Shown in pieces: positions 13,277-26,231 of a DNA stretch of 64,000 nt. The translations under genes and the position numbers were made by a program. Under the pieces are notes generated by a model. It did not search any database, had not been told where the DNA came from, and worked only from the letters and a program-made list of their open reading frames with translations. Within the stretch, counting starts at the first letter, position 1. The number at the start of each line of letters is the position of its first letter. The DNA comes from Octopus sinensis (taxonomy: Eukaryota): positions 42,978,464-43,042,463 of the forward strand of contig NC_043011.1 in NCBI RefSeq assembly GCF_006345805.1, given 5' to 3'.

Positions 13277-13311
13277 GTTTCTGAAGAAGAGCTTTGCTTG
13301 AAACGTAAAAC
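13277..13311 (+). ncRNA. Minimal type I hammerhead ribozyme motif (Penelope-like terminal repeat family)
   Basis: gttt-CTGAAGA-a-gagc/ttt/gctt-GAA-ACGT-A-aaac: stem I gttt/aaac, stem II with one G-U pair, palindromic ACGT stem III, GUA cleavage triplet. Confidence 0.7.
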
Positions 13312-13467
13312 CACCTTTCTTTCTTTGCCTGAGCGTCTGCATGTATCACGTCCTCGCGTTGTTGTTGTTTTTGTGTTTGTTCTGCGTTTTGGGAGATTTA
13401 CTATATGTGTATGTATGTGTGTGTGTGTGTGTGTGTGTATACATGTGTATGTACATATGTGTATCTA

Positions 13468-13588
<121 letters not shown>

Positions 13589-13611
13589 TGCCTATGTATA
13601 TAAGTAGTGTG

Positions 13612-13670
<59 letters not shown>

Positions 13671-13697
13671 GGTATAGGTATAGATAGATAGCTATAG

Positions 13698-13748
<51 letters not shown>

Positions 13749-13769
13749 GTGTGTGTGTGTGTATGCATG

Positions 13770-13800
<31 letters not shown>

Positions 13801-13937
13801 ATGCATGTATTATATATATAGGTGTGTGTGTGTGTATACATGTGTAGTACATATGTGTATCTATATCTATCTATCTGCCTATGTATATAAGTATGTGTGT
13901 AGATAGATAGATAGATAGATAGGTATAGATAGATAGC

Positions 13938-13970
<33 letters not shown>

Positions 13971-13977
13971 ATGCATG

Positions 13978-14010
<33 letters not shown>

Positions 14011-16251
14011 ATGTTTATATACGTATACATTTTTATAGAATTTTTTCATTTCTGTTAATGTTATAGAAGGCTGGTAGATGCTTGCTGCAATTATTTATTC
14101 AAAACGATAAAAATGCAAATACGGTTTCCAGATCATAACTTCCATCAACTATGACTTTTATTCATAGAATTACAATTGGGCGGGGGGGAGAAAATTCAAC
14201 GTCCATTCCTTGAGTTTACAACGAATTGACAATAACAGTTATATTATTTAAAGTAAATTTTGATTGAATTAGCTTGACTGACGAATTAAATCACGAAGAA
14301 CTACAAAATATACCGCGAGACATTTTCTTCGACGCTCTAACGTCCTTAAGCGCGTAATAAATGAATCTCATTTAGACACGAGACAAATAATGTCGATGTA
14401 AAGTTTGAGTATTTTTAAGGAGGCCTTCAACTCGTATACTGGGCTATCAACTCTGTCGGGGTCCCGACCAAAATCGGAATTCTTCAGGCATAGAAGTTTC
14501 ACGACCTTTATACATTAAATTGGTTTAAGCGAAGAGTAAATAATCCAATGAAAAGAATTTTGTTAAAGAATTTTTTTTGTCTCTATATATAAATTAACTT
14601 TATTGGGTGCTTTACTGGCAGTATATTGGATATATGTTATCCCATAGAGGGTTACACTCACAACCCCTATCTCAATTTGTATATATATATATATTTATAT
14701 ATATATATATAATATATATATGTGTGTGTGTGTGTGTGAATCTTTGGGGATTCAATACTTGATTGGTACTTTATTTCATCGACCCTTAAAGAATGAAAAG
14801 CAAAGCTTGGAGGAACACTGCGAGTCATTTTTTTTACCAGTGTGTAACAACTCTCCTAATCCACCCGTAAACGCTGGACTAATAATTCTTTCTGTTAAAG
14901 ATACGAGGCTCGAAATTGTTGGAGAGGAGACGTGTCGATTACATCGACCCAATTCTTCGACTCTTACAGTGTTTTTTTTCGACCCCAAAACGATGAAAAG
15001 TAAAGTCGACCTCGGCAGAATTTGAACTCGGAACGTGAAAAACGGATGTAATGCCGCTAAGTATTTTCTCTGGTCTTCTAAATATACTGCCACCTCGCGA
15101 TCTTAAACGCATCGGTTTTCTACCATAGGTTCAAGACCTGAAACTTTGGAAAATAGGTCTAGTCGATTACTAGTATTTATTTTATCAACTCCGAAAAAAA
15201 TGAACGGTCATGTCAATCTCGGCGGAATTTTGAATTCAGAACATAAGACGGACGAAAAACTGAGCAGCGTGTTAACGATTCTACTAACCCTAACCCTTAA
15301 ACACATAACTAATAATGGTTTCAAATTTTTGGCACAAGGCCAGCAATTTCGGGGGAGTAATTAAGTCAATTACATTGACCCAAGTGTTCAACCGGTATTT
15401 ATTTTATCGACTCTGAAAGAAAAAGAGGTAAAGTTGACCTCGGCTGAATTCGAACTCTGAACGTAAAGAGGGACGAAATCCCGCTAAGCATTTTACCCGA
15501 CATGTTACCTTAAACGCCGAACTAATAATCGTAACTCATCGTATCTCTATCCCTGCGTATGAAACTCACCTGGCATGAAACAGAGGTGAAAGAAATTAAT
15601 ATTTTTTTAATTCATCGATGTTGTAACATTAATTTTATTCAGCTGAATACACATCAGATTGGTTGAAATTACCAAAATAGGAGAACTTTAACGTGAAATA
15701 GCTTCCTGAATATAAGCGTTTCTCAAAAACGCTAAGAGTAAAAGATGTTTTATATGACACAGTCTACCAGTGTCCGAAGTTTGAAAGTGTTTAGTTACAA
15801 AAAATTATTTTTTTAATCTGTCGGTCAAAAGGTAAAGATCCTGTGTCTCTCTTAGAAGGATACTGTGACAACAGCTAAGGATCCTTCTCTCCCGAGTGCT
15901 ATATTGCACTCCCTGCCACTAACTAAGGGTATTTCTGCATCGCTGCGCTGAGAGGGATAGCCACTACATAAGCTAGTCAATCAACAGTTGGGACCTGACA
16001 GGTTCTGCCACTCTAGATAAGAGTAGACATGGGAACGATAGTGGTTAAGAGGTGACTAGCACTCATCAAGACACTAAAACACCCGAGCCAGAACCCCACA
16101 ACTGAATGCTGATAAAAGTCATGCATACGACAATCCTTAGAGAGGTCGGATGTCCACCAATGTTTGTCAGTATGTTTAAGAGGTTACACGGCGGGCTTCC
16201 ACACAGTTTCTATCTACCAAGTTCATTCAGACGGTATTGATAAGCCTAAGG

Positions 16252-16482
16252 CGGCAAGCTGGCAGAAACGTTAGCGCGCCGAGCGAAATGCTTAGCGGTA
16301 TTTCGTCTGCTGCTACGTTCTGAGTTCAAATTCTGCCGAGGTCGACTTTACCTTTCATCCTTTCGGGGTTGATAAATTAAGTACCAGTTATGCACTGGGG
16401 TCGATGTAAATCGAATTAATCCGTTTGTCTGTCCTTGTTTGTCCCCTCTATGTTTAGCCCCTTGTGGGTAATAAAGAAACAG
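16252..16482 (+). mobile_element. SINE family A
   Basis: Full head and body; 'attgataagcctaag' repeated on both sides (16236-16250, 16485-16499). Confidence 0.85.
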
Positions 16483-17237
16483 GCATTGATAAGCCTAAGA
16501 CTCGTGTCTAAGCTGCCGCGCAATGGTACTGAATTCGAAACTGCGTGGTTACAATGCGAGCTTCTTAGTTATACATTTGGAGCAATTTTATATTTTTTAC
16601 TAACTGAAATTGTGTAGCGTAGTTGTGGAAAATGCTAGCCTACATTAATAAACTTTGCAGAGGAATTGTAATTTTAAAATGAAAAACCAGTTGTAATTAA
16701 ATTGGAGAGATATATTTTCAATCTTTTCATTATCTAACTTAGATTAAAATGGCTTAATATGTCTGTCAAGATTATTCTATCAAAATTTATATCGATTTAA
16801 TATGGTAGTTATTGGCAATTCGCTGTAAACTAAAGGACAGGGGTCAACCATTTGTTCTATGAAAATTAATTTCTGCATAGAAAAAACCCATATTTCATGA
16901 AAATTATGTTTTGGAATTAGTATTTGTATTTACATCGCTTTGATTAAGTAATTTGGCAGCGTTTCAAGTAGTTTCCATTGCTAAAAAATTTCTACAAGCA
17001 TACACAAGCGTAAATGCATGAAGTTAACAAGCAGACATCTGTATCTAGCAGTTTCACCACAACTGCTGAGTGACCTTCACCTGACGGTGATTTTTTTTCT
17101 GCATTTTTGACATTATACATCTATCTACAGGAGATATTTTCTCAAGACGAAAACGCAGTTAATAACGATTACACTAGGTATACAGATCGTTTATACATAC
17201 AGACAGATATACATACTTATATGCAATTATATATGTA

Positions 17238-17289
<52 letters not shown>

Positions 17290-17298
<9 letters not shown>

Positions 17299-17412
17299 AT
17301 CACGTGACCGACCAGACCATCAGATGTTGTTACACATCGCTGGTCACAATGCGTTCGCATTGTTTTTTAGCCTTTGAATGACGCCACCCCGCTGGCTAAG
17401 CGAGCAGCCAAT
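17290..17412 (+). repeat. ~120-bp interspersed element in (TA)n
   Basis: 'tcacgtgatcacgtgaccgaccagaccatcagatgttgttacacatcgc...gctaagcgagcag'; second copy in opposite orientation at 20188-20308. Confidence 0.75.
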
Positions 17413-17442
17413 ATATATATATGTAATATATCTATTACATAC

Positions 17443-17475
<33 letters not shown>

Positions 17476-17548
17476 ATATATATATATTATGCATTATGTA
17501 TATATGTATATATATATATATATGCATTATACAAAAGACACACACACA

Positions 17549-17612
<64 letters not shown>

Positions 17613-17613
<1 letters not shown>

Positions 17614-17870
17614 CAGGGTGCGGTGAATAAATTGTCGTCTAAATTATGCAAAAATGGAAATAATACTGACATCTCATTTTAACGGATAAATATACCAAAG
17701 AGTAAACTTATTCAATAAAATCGCCATTGGTTTCATGCACAGTCTCCAGACGACTTTGGAATCTTCTGCAACACTTCTGGACTGTCTTCTTATTTAAACA
17801 GAACATTCTATTGTACCTGTGCGCTCTATCATTATTGCAACCACAGGTTCCCTGCCTCGACCTTCCGCAA
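17613..17870 (-). mobile_element. Tc1/mariner transposase C-terminus plus terminal repeat remnant
   Basis: Minus-strand translation LNKKTVQKCCRRFQSRLETVHETNGDFIE*; end reads 'tacagggtg' on +, typical of a TA-flanked TIR. Confidence 0.65.
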
Positions 17871-18875
17871 ACGACTTTCCACCAATGAGCTTGAGACCGG
17901 CAAAAAGAGTTTGACTAAAACACACACCTATGCACCCATGTACACACACGTAGACCCCTATCCCCCGTCACACCCAAAACATACCACTTCACGCAAATTG
18001 TACCTCCTCACACACACACACATTACACATTACACACCGCACGCTAATATAAAAACCCTACGAATTTATCCTTTACAGAAAATAAACAGACCAACAAACA
18101 CAACTATATATACCTATAACCCCAGGGAAAAATTATACATATAACACTGCTACACATACCACAAACCCCATATCACACACCCCGCAGGGATACCACGTTA
18201 ATAATACACACTTTCCTCACTTCAAGTTAACTCTTGCCTGCTTCACAGCATACCCAGCCAAGGGACATAACTGCTAACCCAATCTGCTGGACCCTTTTTC
18301 GTTTCGCCACTTTTGTTACTGTAGCCACTGACCGATTGGGCTGACCCGCTTCCAACAATAGAGAGCAGTTACCATATTCCCTTCCGTATCGGCTATCTCT
18401 GATGAGTGCAAAATTATATAACCGGATTATTACATAACATTCCATGGCATACTTTACGCGAAGCCGCTTGGTAAGACCAGCCGTGGTGGATACGTAAACA
18501 CACGAGAGATGAGTAAAGGACAAAATACCAAATGAAGTCCAACCCCTCTTCAGTTGTCGACTGTTTTATTACTCCCTATTTCGTGCGACAAGATAAGAGA
18601 ACTTCATAATACAGCAGAAGAGGGGCTGGACTTTGTTTGGTATTTTGTCCTGTACTCAATTCACGTGTGTTTACGTATTTTTCACTCGTTGATGATGTCC
18701 TGTAATTATTGTGTATTTTGTGGGGCGGGGTGATTTTGTCCTGTACTTATCTCTCGTGTGTTTACGTATTTTCCGCTCGTTGGTGATGTCCTGTATTAAA
18801 TGTGTCCACGGCCTTGTCCACAGTAAGTTCTTACTATAGTGGTGTGTGTGCATGTGTGTATGTATGCATATATAC

Positions 18876-18924
<49 letters not shown>

Positions 18925-18959
18925 TATATATATATAATGGCTCCAGATTCAGTCTCTCT

Positions 18960-19330
18960 AAGTGGCACCTTGGTATCTTCTGATATAGTCTCAGGTCGAC
19001 CACAGCCTTGTGAGTGGATTGATAGGCGGAAACTGAAAGAAGCCCTTCGTATATATATATATATATATATATATAAATATATATATATATACAAGTATTA
19101 TGTATGTATGTGTGTCTGTATGTTTGTGTCTGTTTGTACACACATCACCATTCAAAAACCGGTATTGGTGTGTTTACGTCCCTGTAACATAGCGGTTCGG
19201 CAAAAAGGGTGGTCTATAGAATAAGTACTAGGCTTAAAAATAAGTCCTGGGGGGTCACATGCTCCACTGAAACCCTTCAAGATGGTGTTCCGGTATAGCC
19301 GCAGTCAATCAAATGACTGAGACAAGTAAA
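18960..19330 (+). mobile_element. SINE family B, 5'-truncated
   Basis: 'gtggcaccttgg...gtgagtggatt...gaaactgaaagaagcc...gtcaaatgactgagacaagtaaaagag'. Confidence 0.75.
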
Positions 19331-19398
19331 AGAGTAAAAGAATAAATGAATACTCACACACACATACACACACACACCCACACGCACACACACGCACA

Positions 19399-19437
<39 letters not shown>

Positions 19438-19750
19438 CTTTATTCAAGGCGAAAAACTCCACAAACTGTTACTCAGAGATTCATATCACTTCGTCAGGCT
19501 GATGTAATAATATATAATAATATATATATATATGTGTGTGTACATGGAATTACATCTATTATTTTACAATTGTTTCAACTACGTGCAAGTGACCAATCAA
19601 TCATCCTTTCTATAGTCTTGGATGATAACAATTTAGTCATGCGCATTGTGAAATGTACATTACATAATAGCTAAGGCATGAATATAAAGATGACTTTACG
19701 CATACATAACACGCAGAGAAATTTAGGTAAGCTTATATATATATATATAT

Positions 19751-20020
19751 ATCAAAATCAAGGAACGGCCATAATAGGCCATTCACCCACTAGAAATAAC
19801 AGCCAAAGCTTCAACCGCAAAACAACATTAATTCCGCAAACCAGGAGAAAATTAAAAAAACATTGACCCTGTTTTTTTAATTTTTAATTTTTTAATTTTT
19901 TAATTTTTTTTTATTTTTAATTTTCTCCTGGTTTGCGGAATTAATGTTGTTTGCGGTTGAAGCTTTGGCTGTTATTTCTAGTGGGTGAATGGCCTATTAT
20001 GGCCGTTCCTTGATTTTGAT
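19751..20020. repeat. Long near-perfect palindrome (~110-bp arms)
   Basis: atcaaaatcaaggaacggcc...ggagaaaattaaaaaaa versus its reverse complement; spacer of (ttttaat)n repeats. Confidence 0.9.
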
Positions 20021-20114
20021 GTTGAATTATAAATGGTCTAGACTATTTAATTTTTTCCCACTAGGCCGCTGGTGGCCAAAAAAATTCTACGAAATTTTTT
20101 GCCACCCTATATTG

Positions 20115-20187
<73 letters not shown>

Positions 20188-20188
<1 letters not shown>

Positions 20189-20308
20189 TGGCCTGCTCGC
20201 TTAGCAGCGGGGTGGGGCGTCATTCAAAGGCTAAAACAATGCGAACGCATGGTGAGCAGCGATGTGTAACAACATCTGATGGTCTGGTCGGTCACGTGAT
20301 CACGTGAT
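20188..20308 (-). repeat. ~120-bp interspersed element (same family as 17290-17412)
   Basis: Reverse-complement match, also embedded in (TA)n. Confidence 0.75.
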
Positions 20309-21684
20309 ATATATATAGATATATATATATATATTATATATATATATATATATATTGACGGAACGCACGCATCCATTTCTAAGTAAGATTGTTCTTGATA
20401 TTAATAATGATGCGCACTCTTGACCTTTCTGTCCCCTCCCTTTCTCAACCTTCATTCTTTCTGGTTTCCTCACAACCATTCCCTTTTTCTCTCTCCCTTT
20501 CTCTTGCTCCTCCTCCTCCCTCCCGTCGTTGACCTGCGACGAGAGCTCTGCTACTGTCTTTCTGGCCTGACTTCCTTGAAGTGTGGACGGCATTTCTGTT
20601 GCTCCTTCGCCGTTCTCAAAAATAGCGTTCGTAATAGTTTTTCTCGTTCGGCTTAACAGTCCTTCTTGTCTTGTTATTCTCCTTGTCCTGACTTTTACTG
20701 TTTATATTTTGTACTGTCGTTACTGTCCTGTTTTTGTTACCATTTTTACCCCTCCGCAAAAAGATCTCAAATTTTATTTAATTTGCTTTTCGCGGGAAGG
20801 AAAGTTTCTATCGAAGATGCGTATCGCCTTCACCTTCGAAACACAGAGTAGATGAAACCATGGCGACTGAAGACGGGGAATTTTCCTTGTGTTATTTGTC
20901 CTGTACTCTATTTTTTCGTTGTTTAAGAAAAATGTCCAGTTCCTTGGTTTTGTGTTTATGTTTTCGTTTCTCATTGTGTTCGGCGTTTTTTTGGTGTCCT
21001 GTACCCATATATGCGTGTATATATACATGTAGAGGTAGGTACGTACATATATGTATGTATATATGCATATGTTTTATTTATTAATTTATTATATGACGGA
21101 ACGCACGCATCCATTTCTAAGTAAGATTGTTCTATATATATATATGTATATGTATGTATGTGTGACTGTGTGTGTACAAATATGGATTCGTATAATTATA
21201 TAGATTCCAATATAGAATGGTGGTTATCAAAACAGAATGTACGCTGTACTTGCGTGTTAAAGCTATTATTCAAAAATACACATACTAAGTTTACACAATT
21301 TCTATGATAACTTCAGCCTTACAATCTTTACTTCTGAGAATGGATTATTAGATTTGAAACTAAATTATGGCTAGATTATTATTTCCTAATTCAACTATCT
21401 CTTGTACGAGCATTGCTGAATGAGAGTGCTCTCCACATCATTTCATGAAAAAGGCGCAGAAAAATTAATTTCTCATTATGATCCGTGTTTATTTTATTGA
21501 TTCAGCGACGCAGGATAAATTAACGCTCGTTGGAGTACGGTGTGCAGTGCTTACCTCACATTAGTGGAACATGCGACCGTATATACATGTGTGCGTATGT
21601 GTGTGAGTACATTTGTATGTGTATATAAATCTGTAAATATATATATATATATATATAATTATATATATATATATACAAACATAC

Positions 21685-21742
<58 letters not shown>

Positions 21743-21869
21743 ATATAATGTATGCATGAATATATGTGTTTTTGTGTGTGGGTCGCGCACTTGTACATGT
21801 AACACACACATATAGATAAGGATAGCTGATGGATAAAAATGTATGTGTGTATATATGCACATTTTTTAT

Positions 21870-22400
21870 AGTAGGCATGTAACAGAGCAGATGACGAATA
21901 TTGTCTTGCGGAATTTCTCGCCAAGTTTTATGCAGTAATCTGAAAAGATCTGCCTGTGAAGGGTCCTGTCTATTATGATGTTCTTCAACAGTGTTCATAT
22001 CTGGTGACTGGCTTGGTCATGGAAGCTTTTTAATGTCATTCTCATCCAACAATTATTGGGTCATTTTAGTCGTGTGAAAGGAGTCCCATCTTCCATAAAT
22101 AAAGAGCCTTCTGTAATCATTTCACCACTGGAGATGATTAGGAGTACTTTCTGCACTATGGACACATATTTATCTGAGTTTATGTTTCCCTCACACTCCA
22201 CTAGTTCTGATCAACCATTGTTCCAAATTGCTTCCCAGACCACCACAGGATAGCTGCTGTGTTGCATCGTTGGCTGCAAGCTTTTCAATTCAAATTGTTG
22301 ATCACAGTCTCCGAACCCATACTCGACCACTGTCAGAAAATACATCAAATTTGGACTCAACAGATAATATGACAGTGTTCCAAAATGCTAGTGGCCTCTC
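21870..22400 (-). mobile_element. Tc1-like transposase pseudogene fragment
   Basis: Minus strand: VVVWEAIW..G...LVECEGNINSDKY...LFMEDG.P... and SPDMNTVE...[16 protein letters not shown], matching the DDE region and W-P-S-P-D-x-N-P-I-E motif. Confidence 0.7.
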
Positions 22401-22994
22401 CATCATCTCAGTTGGCTGATCGAAGAAGTGGCTTCCTTCTTGCTGCTCTGCCATAGTAACCAAGTTTGTGAAGATACCTGGCAGCTGTTCTCGGACTGAT
22501 ATCAGCATATTCTGCTATGTCAGAGGCCTTGCAATGAGGATTATCGTCCATACTTCTCTTAACAAAGGAAAGGGTCCAGTCAGACGGTCTGGCTGATCTG
22601 TGGACTCCATCGCCAATCTGGTAAATTGCGCAATCACTCTAGTAACTGTAGAAAGCAAGATCCCAAGCACTTCTGAGATTTTACGCTATGTCCACTTTCA
22701 GGATAACCCACAATATGGCCTCTTTGAAATTCAAACAGTTTCAAGGCTTCTTTTGTACATGGCATGATTAAACAGTCACATATAGAATCTGAAGCATAAA
22801 CATGTCAATTAATAAAAAATATAAACCTTTACAAGATAGAATAAACATAAAACGATGATTTATGTGATGTCTATATACATCATGCGTGTGTATGTATGCG
22901 TGTGTATGTAAACGGATGGGTGGCTGGATATGGTTGCGTGCATATGCATGTATGGATGTATGCTTGTATATATATATATATATATATATATCTT

Positions 22995-23367
22995 GGCACT
23001 CCATCGGTTATGACGGCGAGGGTTCCGGTTGATCCGATCAACGGAATAGCCTGCTCGTGAAATTAACGTGCAAGTGGCTGAGCACACCACATACACGTGT
23101 ACCCTTAATCGGGGAGATTCAGCGTGACAAAGATTGTGATATGGCCGGCCCTCTGAAATACAGGTGCAACAGAAATAGGAAGAAAGAGTGAGAGAAAGTT
23201 GTGATGAAAGAATACAGCAGGGTTCGCCACCACCCCCTGCCGGAGCTTCTTGGAGCTTTTAGGTGCTTTCGCTCAATACACACTCACAACGCCCGGTCAG
23301 AGAATAGAAGGTGCGGTTTCATGACCGCGAGTCCGCTGCCCTAACCTCTGGGCCTCTGCACCTCCAC
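22995..23367 (-). mobile_element. SINE family C
   Basis: Reverse complement of 26706-27089. Confidence 0.85.
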
Positions 23368-23494
23368 ACACAAAAACACACACACACTCACAAACACAAT
23401 CACACACACACACACACATATATGTGACCGCGTGTGTACCGTTGGCGATTTTTTTTCCTCTGTCTTCCCTTCTCTGGATCTTTCCTTCTCCTAT

Positions 23495-23529
23495 GTTTCC
23501 GACGAAGAGTTCCGCTCGAAACGTTAAAC
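23495..23529 (+). ncRNA. Minimal type I hammerhead motif, core variant
   Basis: gttt-CCGACGA-a-gagt/tcc/gctc-GAA-ACGT-T-aaac; flanks shared with 13258-13380 and 42650-42780. Confidence 0.55.
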
Positions 23530-23648
23530 CCTCCTTCTTTCATGAGCGTCCAATAATACTATATTTGTTTCACGTCCTCGCGTTGTTGTGTTTTTTATGC
23601 TTTCTTGTTTGGATTAACTATATATATATATATTTATATATATATATC

Positions 23649-23710
<62 letters not shown>

Positions 23711-23776
23711 ATATATATTTATATATATATATTTATAATATATATATATTATATATATATATATTTATAATATATA

Positions 23777-23825
<49 letters not shown>

Positions 23826-23829
23826 TATA

Positions 23830-23872
<43 letters not shown>

Positions 23873-24321
23873 ATTTATATGTTTTTGTTTTTGTTTTTGT
23901 TTTTCCAGTTTCAGCTCTTGAGCTGTGGCCATGCTGGGGCACCGCCATTGTGGTGAAAGAGTACAGCAGGGATCACCACCCCCTGCCGGAGCCTCGTAGA
24001 GCTTTTAGGTGTTTTCGCTCAATAAACACACACAACGCCCGGTCTGAGAATCGAAACCGCGATCCTGCGACCGCGAGTCCGCTGCCCTAACCACTAGGCC
24101 ATTGCGCCTAGTATATATATATTTATATATACTAAGCAATAAGGGTTTAGCAACGAGTTGCCTTACCACATACCGAATTTAGAAATAGCAGTCAAAGGGT
24201 TATAGCTATTTCTTCTACAAAAAAGGGAGATCTCAGTAAAAACAGCATTTGGAAGGCAGACACAAACAGGTAAGAGAGAATGAATTGACTGCAATCTATC
24301 ATACATTTTTTTAGTTATCGG

Positions 24322-24421
24322 ACGTACGTTTCGAAATCAAGTTTTAAGGAAAGCATAAGAATTAGATATTAAATATTAAATAATAATAATCTATTACCGA
24401 AACTCTTTTTCTCTTCAGCGT
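24322..24421 (-). ncRNA. Type I hammerhead motif with long loop II, monomer 1
   Basis: acg-CTGAAGA-gaaa...tttc-GAA-ACGT-A-cgt on the minus strand. Confidence 0.6.
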
Positions 24422-24921
24422 AGAATACTATAATCATAAATGATTATATATTGGATTTTGAGATACCAGAAGGCACCAACTCCACTCAGTATCAGAGCGA
24501 GCTAGAATCCGCAACTGGTATCACCGAATTCAATTTGTGAATGAAACGATTGTGTCAACAGCCCCTTCCCACCCGCGTGTAGCCAAAACAAGATGCTGTG
24601 GTCATCTACTGAGATAAAATATGTATCCGTAATAATGAAGGGTGAAATTAATTAATTTGGAAAAATTATCAATTACACCAAGTAGTCTTCGGCATGTAAA
24701 AGCCTCATTCGAGGAAAATTTAAGTAATACTAAGCAATAAGGGTTTAGCAACGAGTTGCCTTACCACATACCGAATTAGAAATAGCAGTCAAAGGGTTAT
24801 AGCTATTTCTTCTACAAAAAAGGGAGATCTCAGTAAAAACAGCATTTGGAAGGCAGACACAAAACAGGTAGAGAGAATGAATTGACTGCAATCTATCATA
24901 CATTTTTTTAGTTATCCACGG

Positions 24922-25025
24922 ACGTACGTTTCGAAATCAAGTTTTAAGGAAAGCATAAGAATTAGATATTAAATATTAAATAATAAATAATTCTATCTTA
25001 CCGAAACTTCTTTTCTCTTCAGCGT
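24922..25025 (-). ncRNA. Type I hammerhead motif with long loop II, monomer 2
   Basis: acg-CTGAAGA-gaaa-[75 nt]-tttc-GAA-ACGT-A-cgt; distal stem I extension tattc/ggata. Confidence 0.65.
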
Positions 25026-25525
25026 AGAATACTATAATCATAAATGATTATATATTGAATTTTGAGATACCAGAAGGCACCAATCCACTCAGTATCAGAG
25101 CGAGCTAGAATCCGCAACTGGTATCACCGAATTCAATTTGTGAATGAAACGATTGTGTCAACAGCCCCTTCCCACCCGCGTGTAGCCAAAACAAGATGCT
25201 GTGGTCATCTACTGAGATAAAATATGGTTATCCGTAATAATGAAGGGTGAAATTAATTAATTTGGAAAAATTATCAATTACACCAAGTAGTCTTCGGCAT
25301 GTAAAAGCCTCATTCGAGGAAAATTTAAGTAATACTAAGCAATAAGGGTTTAGCAACGAGTTGCCTTACCAAATACCGAATTTAGAAATAGCAGTCAAAG
25401 GGTTATAGCTATTTCTTCTACAAAAAAGGGAGATCTCAGTAAAAACAGCATTGGAAGGCAGACACAAACAGGTAAGAGAGAATGAATTGACTGCATCTAT
25501 CATACATTTTTTTAGTTATCCACGG

Positions 25526-25628
25526 ACGTACGTTTCGAAATCAAGTTTTAAGGAAAGCATAAGAATTAGATATTAAATATTAAATAATAATAATTCTATC
25601 TTACCGAAACTTCTTTTCTCTTCAGCGT
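25526..25628 (-). ncRNA. Type I hammerhead motif with long loop II, monomer 3
   Basis: Same as monomer 2, core intact. Confidence 0.65.
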
Positions 25629-26129
25629 AGAATACTATAATCATAAATGATTATATATTGAATTTTGAGATACCAGAAGGCACCAACTCCACTCAGTATC
25701 AGAGCGAGCTAGAATCCGCAACTGGTATCACCGAATTCAATTTGTGAATGAAACGATTGTGTCAAAAGCCCCTTCCCACCCGCGTGTAGCCAAAACAAGA
25801 TGCTGTGGTCATCTACTGAGATAAAATATGGTTATCCGTAATAATGAAGGGTGAAATTAATTAATTTGGAAAAATTATCAATTACACCAAGTAGTCTTCG
25901 GCATGTAAAAGCCTCATTCGAGGAAAATTTAAGTAATACTAAGCAATAAGGGTTTAGCAACGAGTTGCCTTACACATACCGAATTTAGAAATAGCAGTCA
26001 AAGGGTTATAGCTATTTCTTCTACAAAAAAGGGAGATCTCAGTAAAAACAGCATTTGGAAGGCAGACACAAAAGGTAAGAGAGAATGAATTGACTGCAAT
26101 CTATCATACATTTTTTTAGTTATCCACGG

Positions 26130-26231
26130 ACGTACGTTTCGAAATCAAGTTTTAAGGAAAGCATAAGAATTAGATATAAATATTAAATAATAAATAATTC
26201 TATCTTACCGAAACTTTTTCTCTTCACGCGT
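26130..26231 (-). ncRNA. Hammerhead motif, monomer 4 (core disrupted by a 1-nt insertion)
   Basis: + strand reads tcttcacgcgt instead of tcttcagcgt; real mutation or assembly error. Confidence 0.45.

Noticed and set aside
14450-14510. CTGAAGA on the minus strand of the 170-bp direct repeat
   Set aside because: No properly placed GAAA or stem III.
18227-18523. Possible LINE endonuclease fragment
   Set aside because: Only a weak 'SGYIILHS' resemblance with stops; insufficient support.
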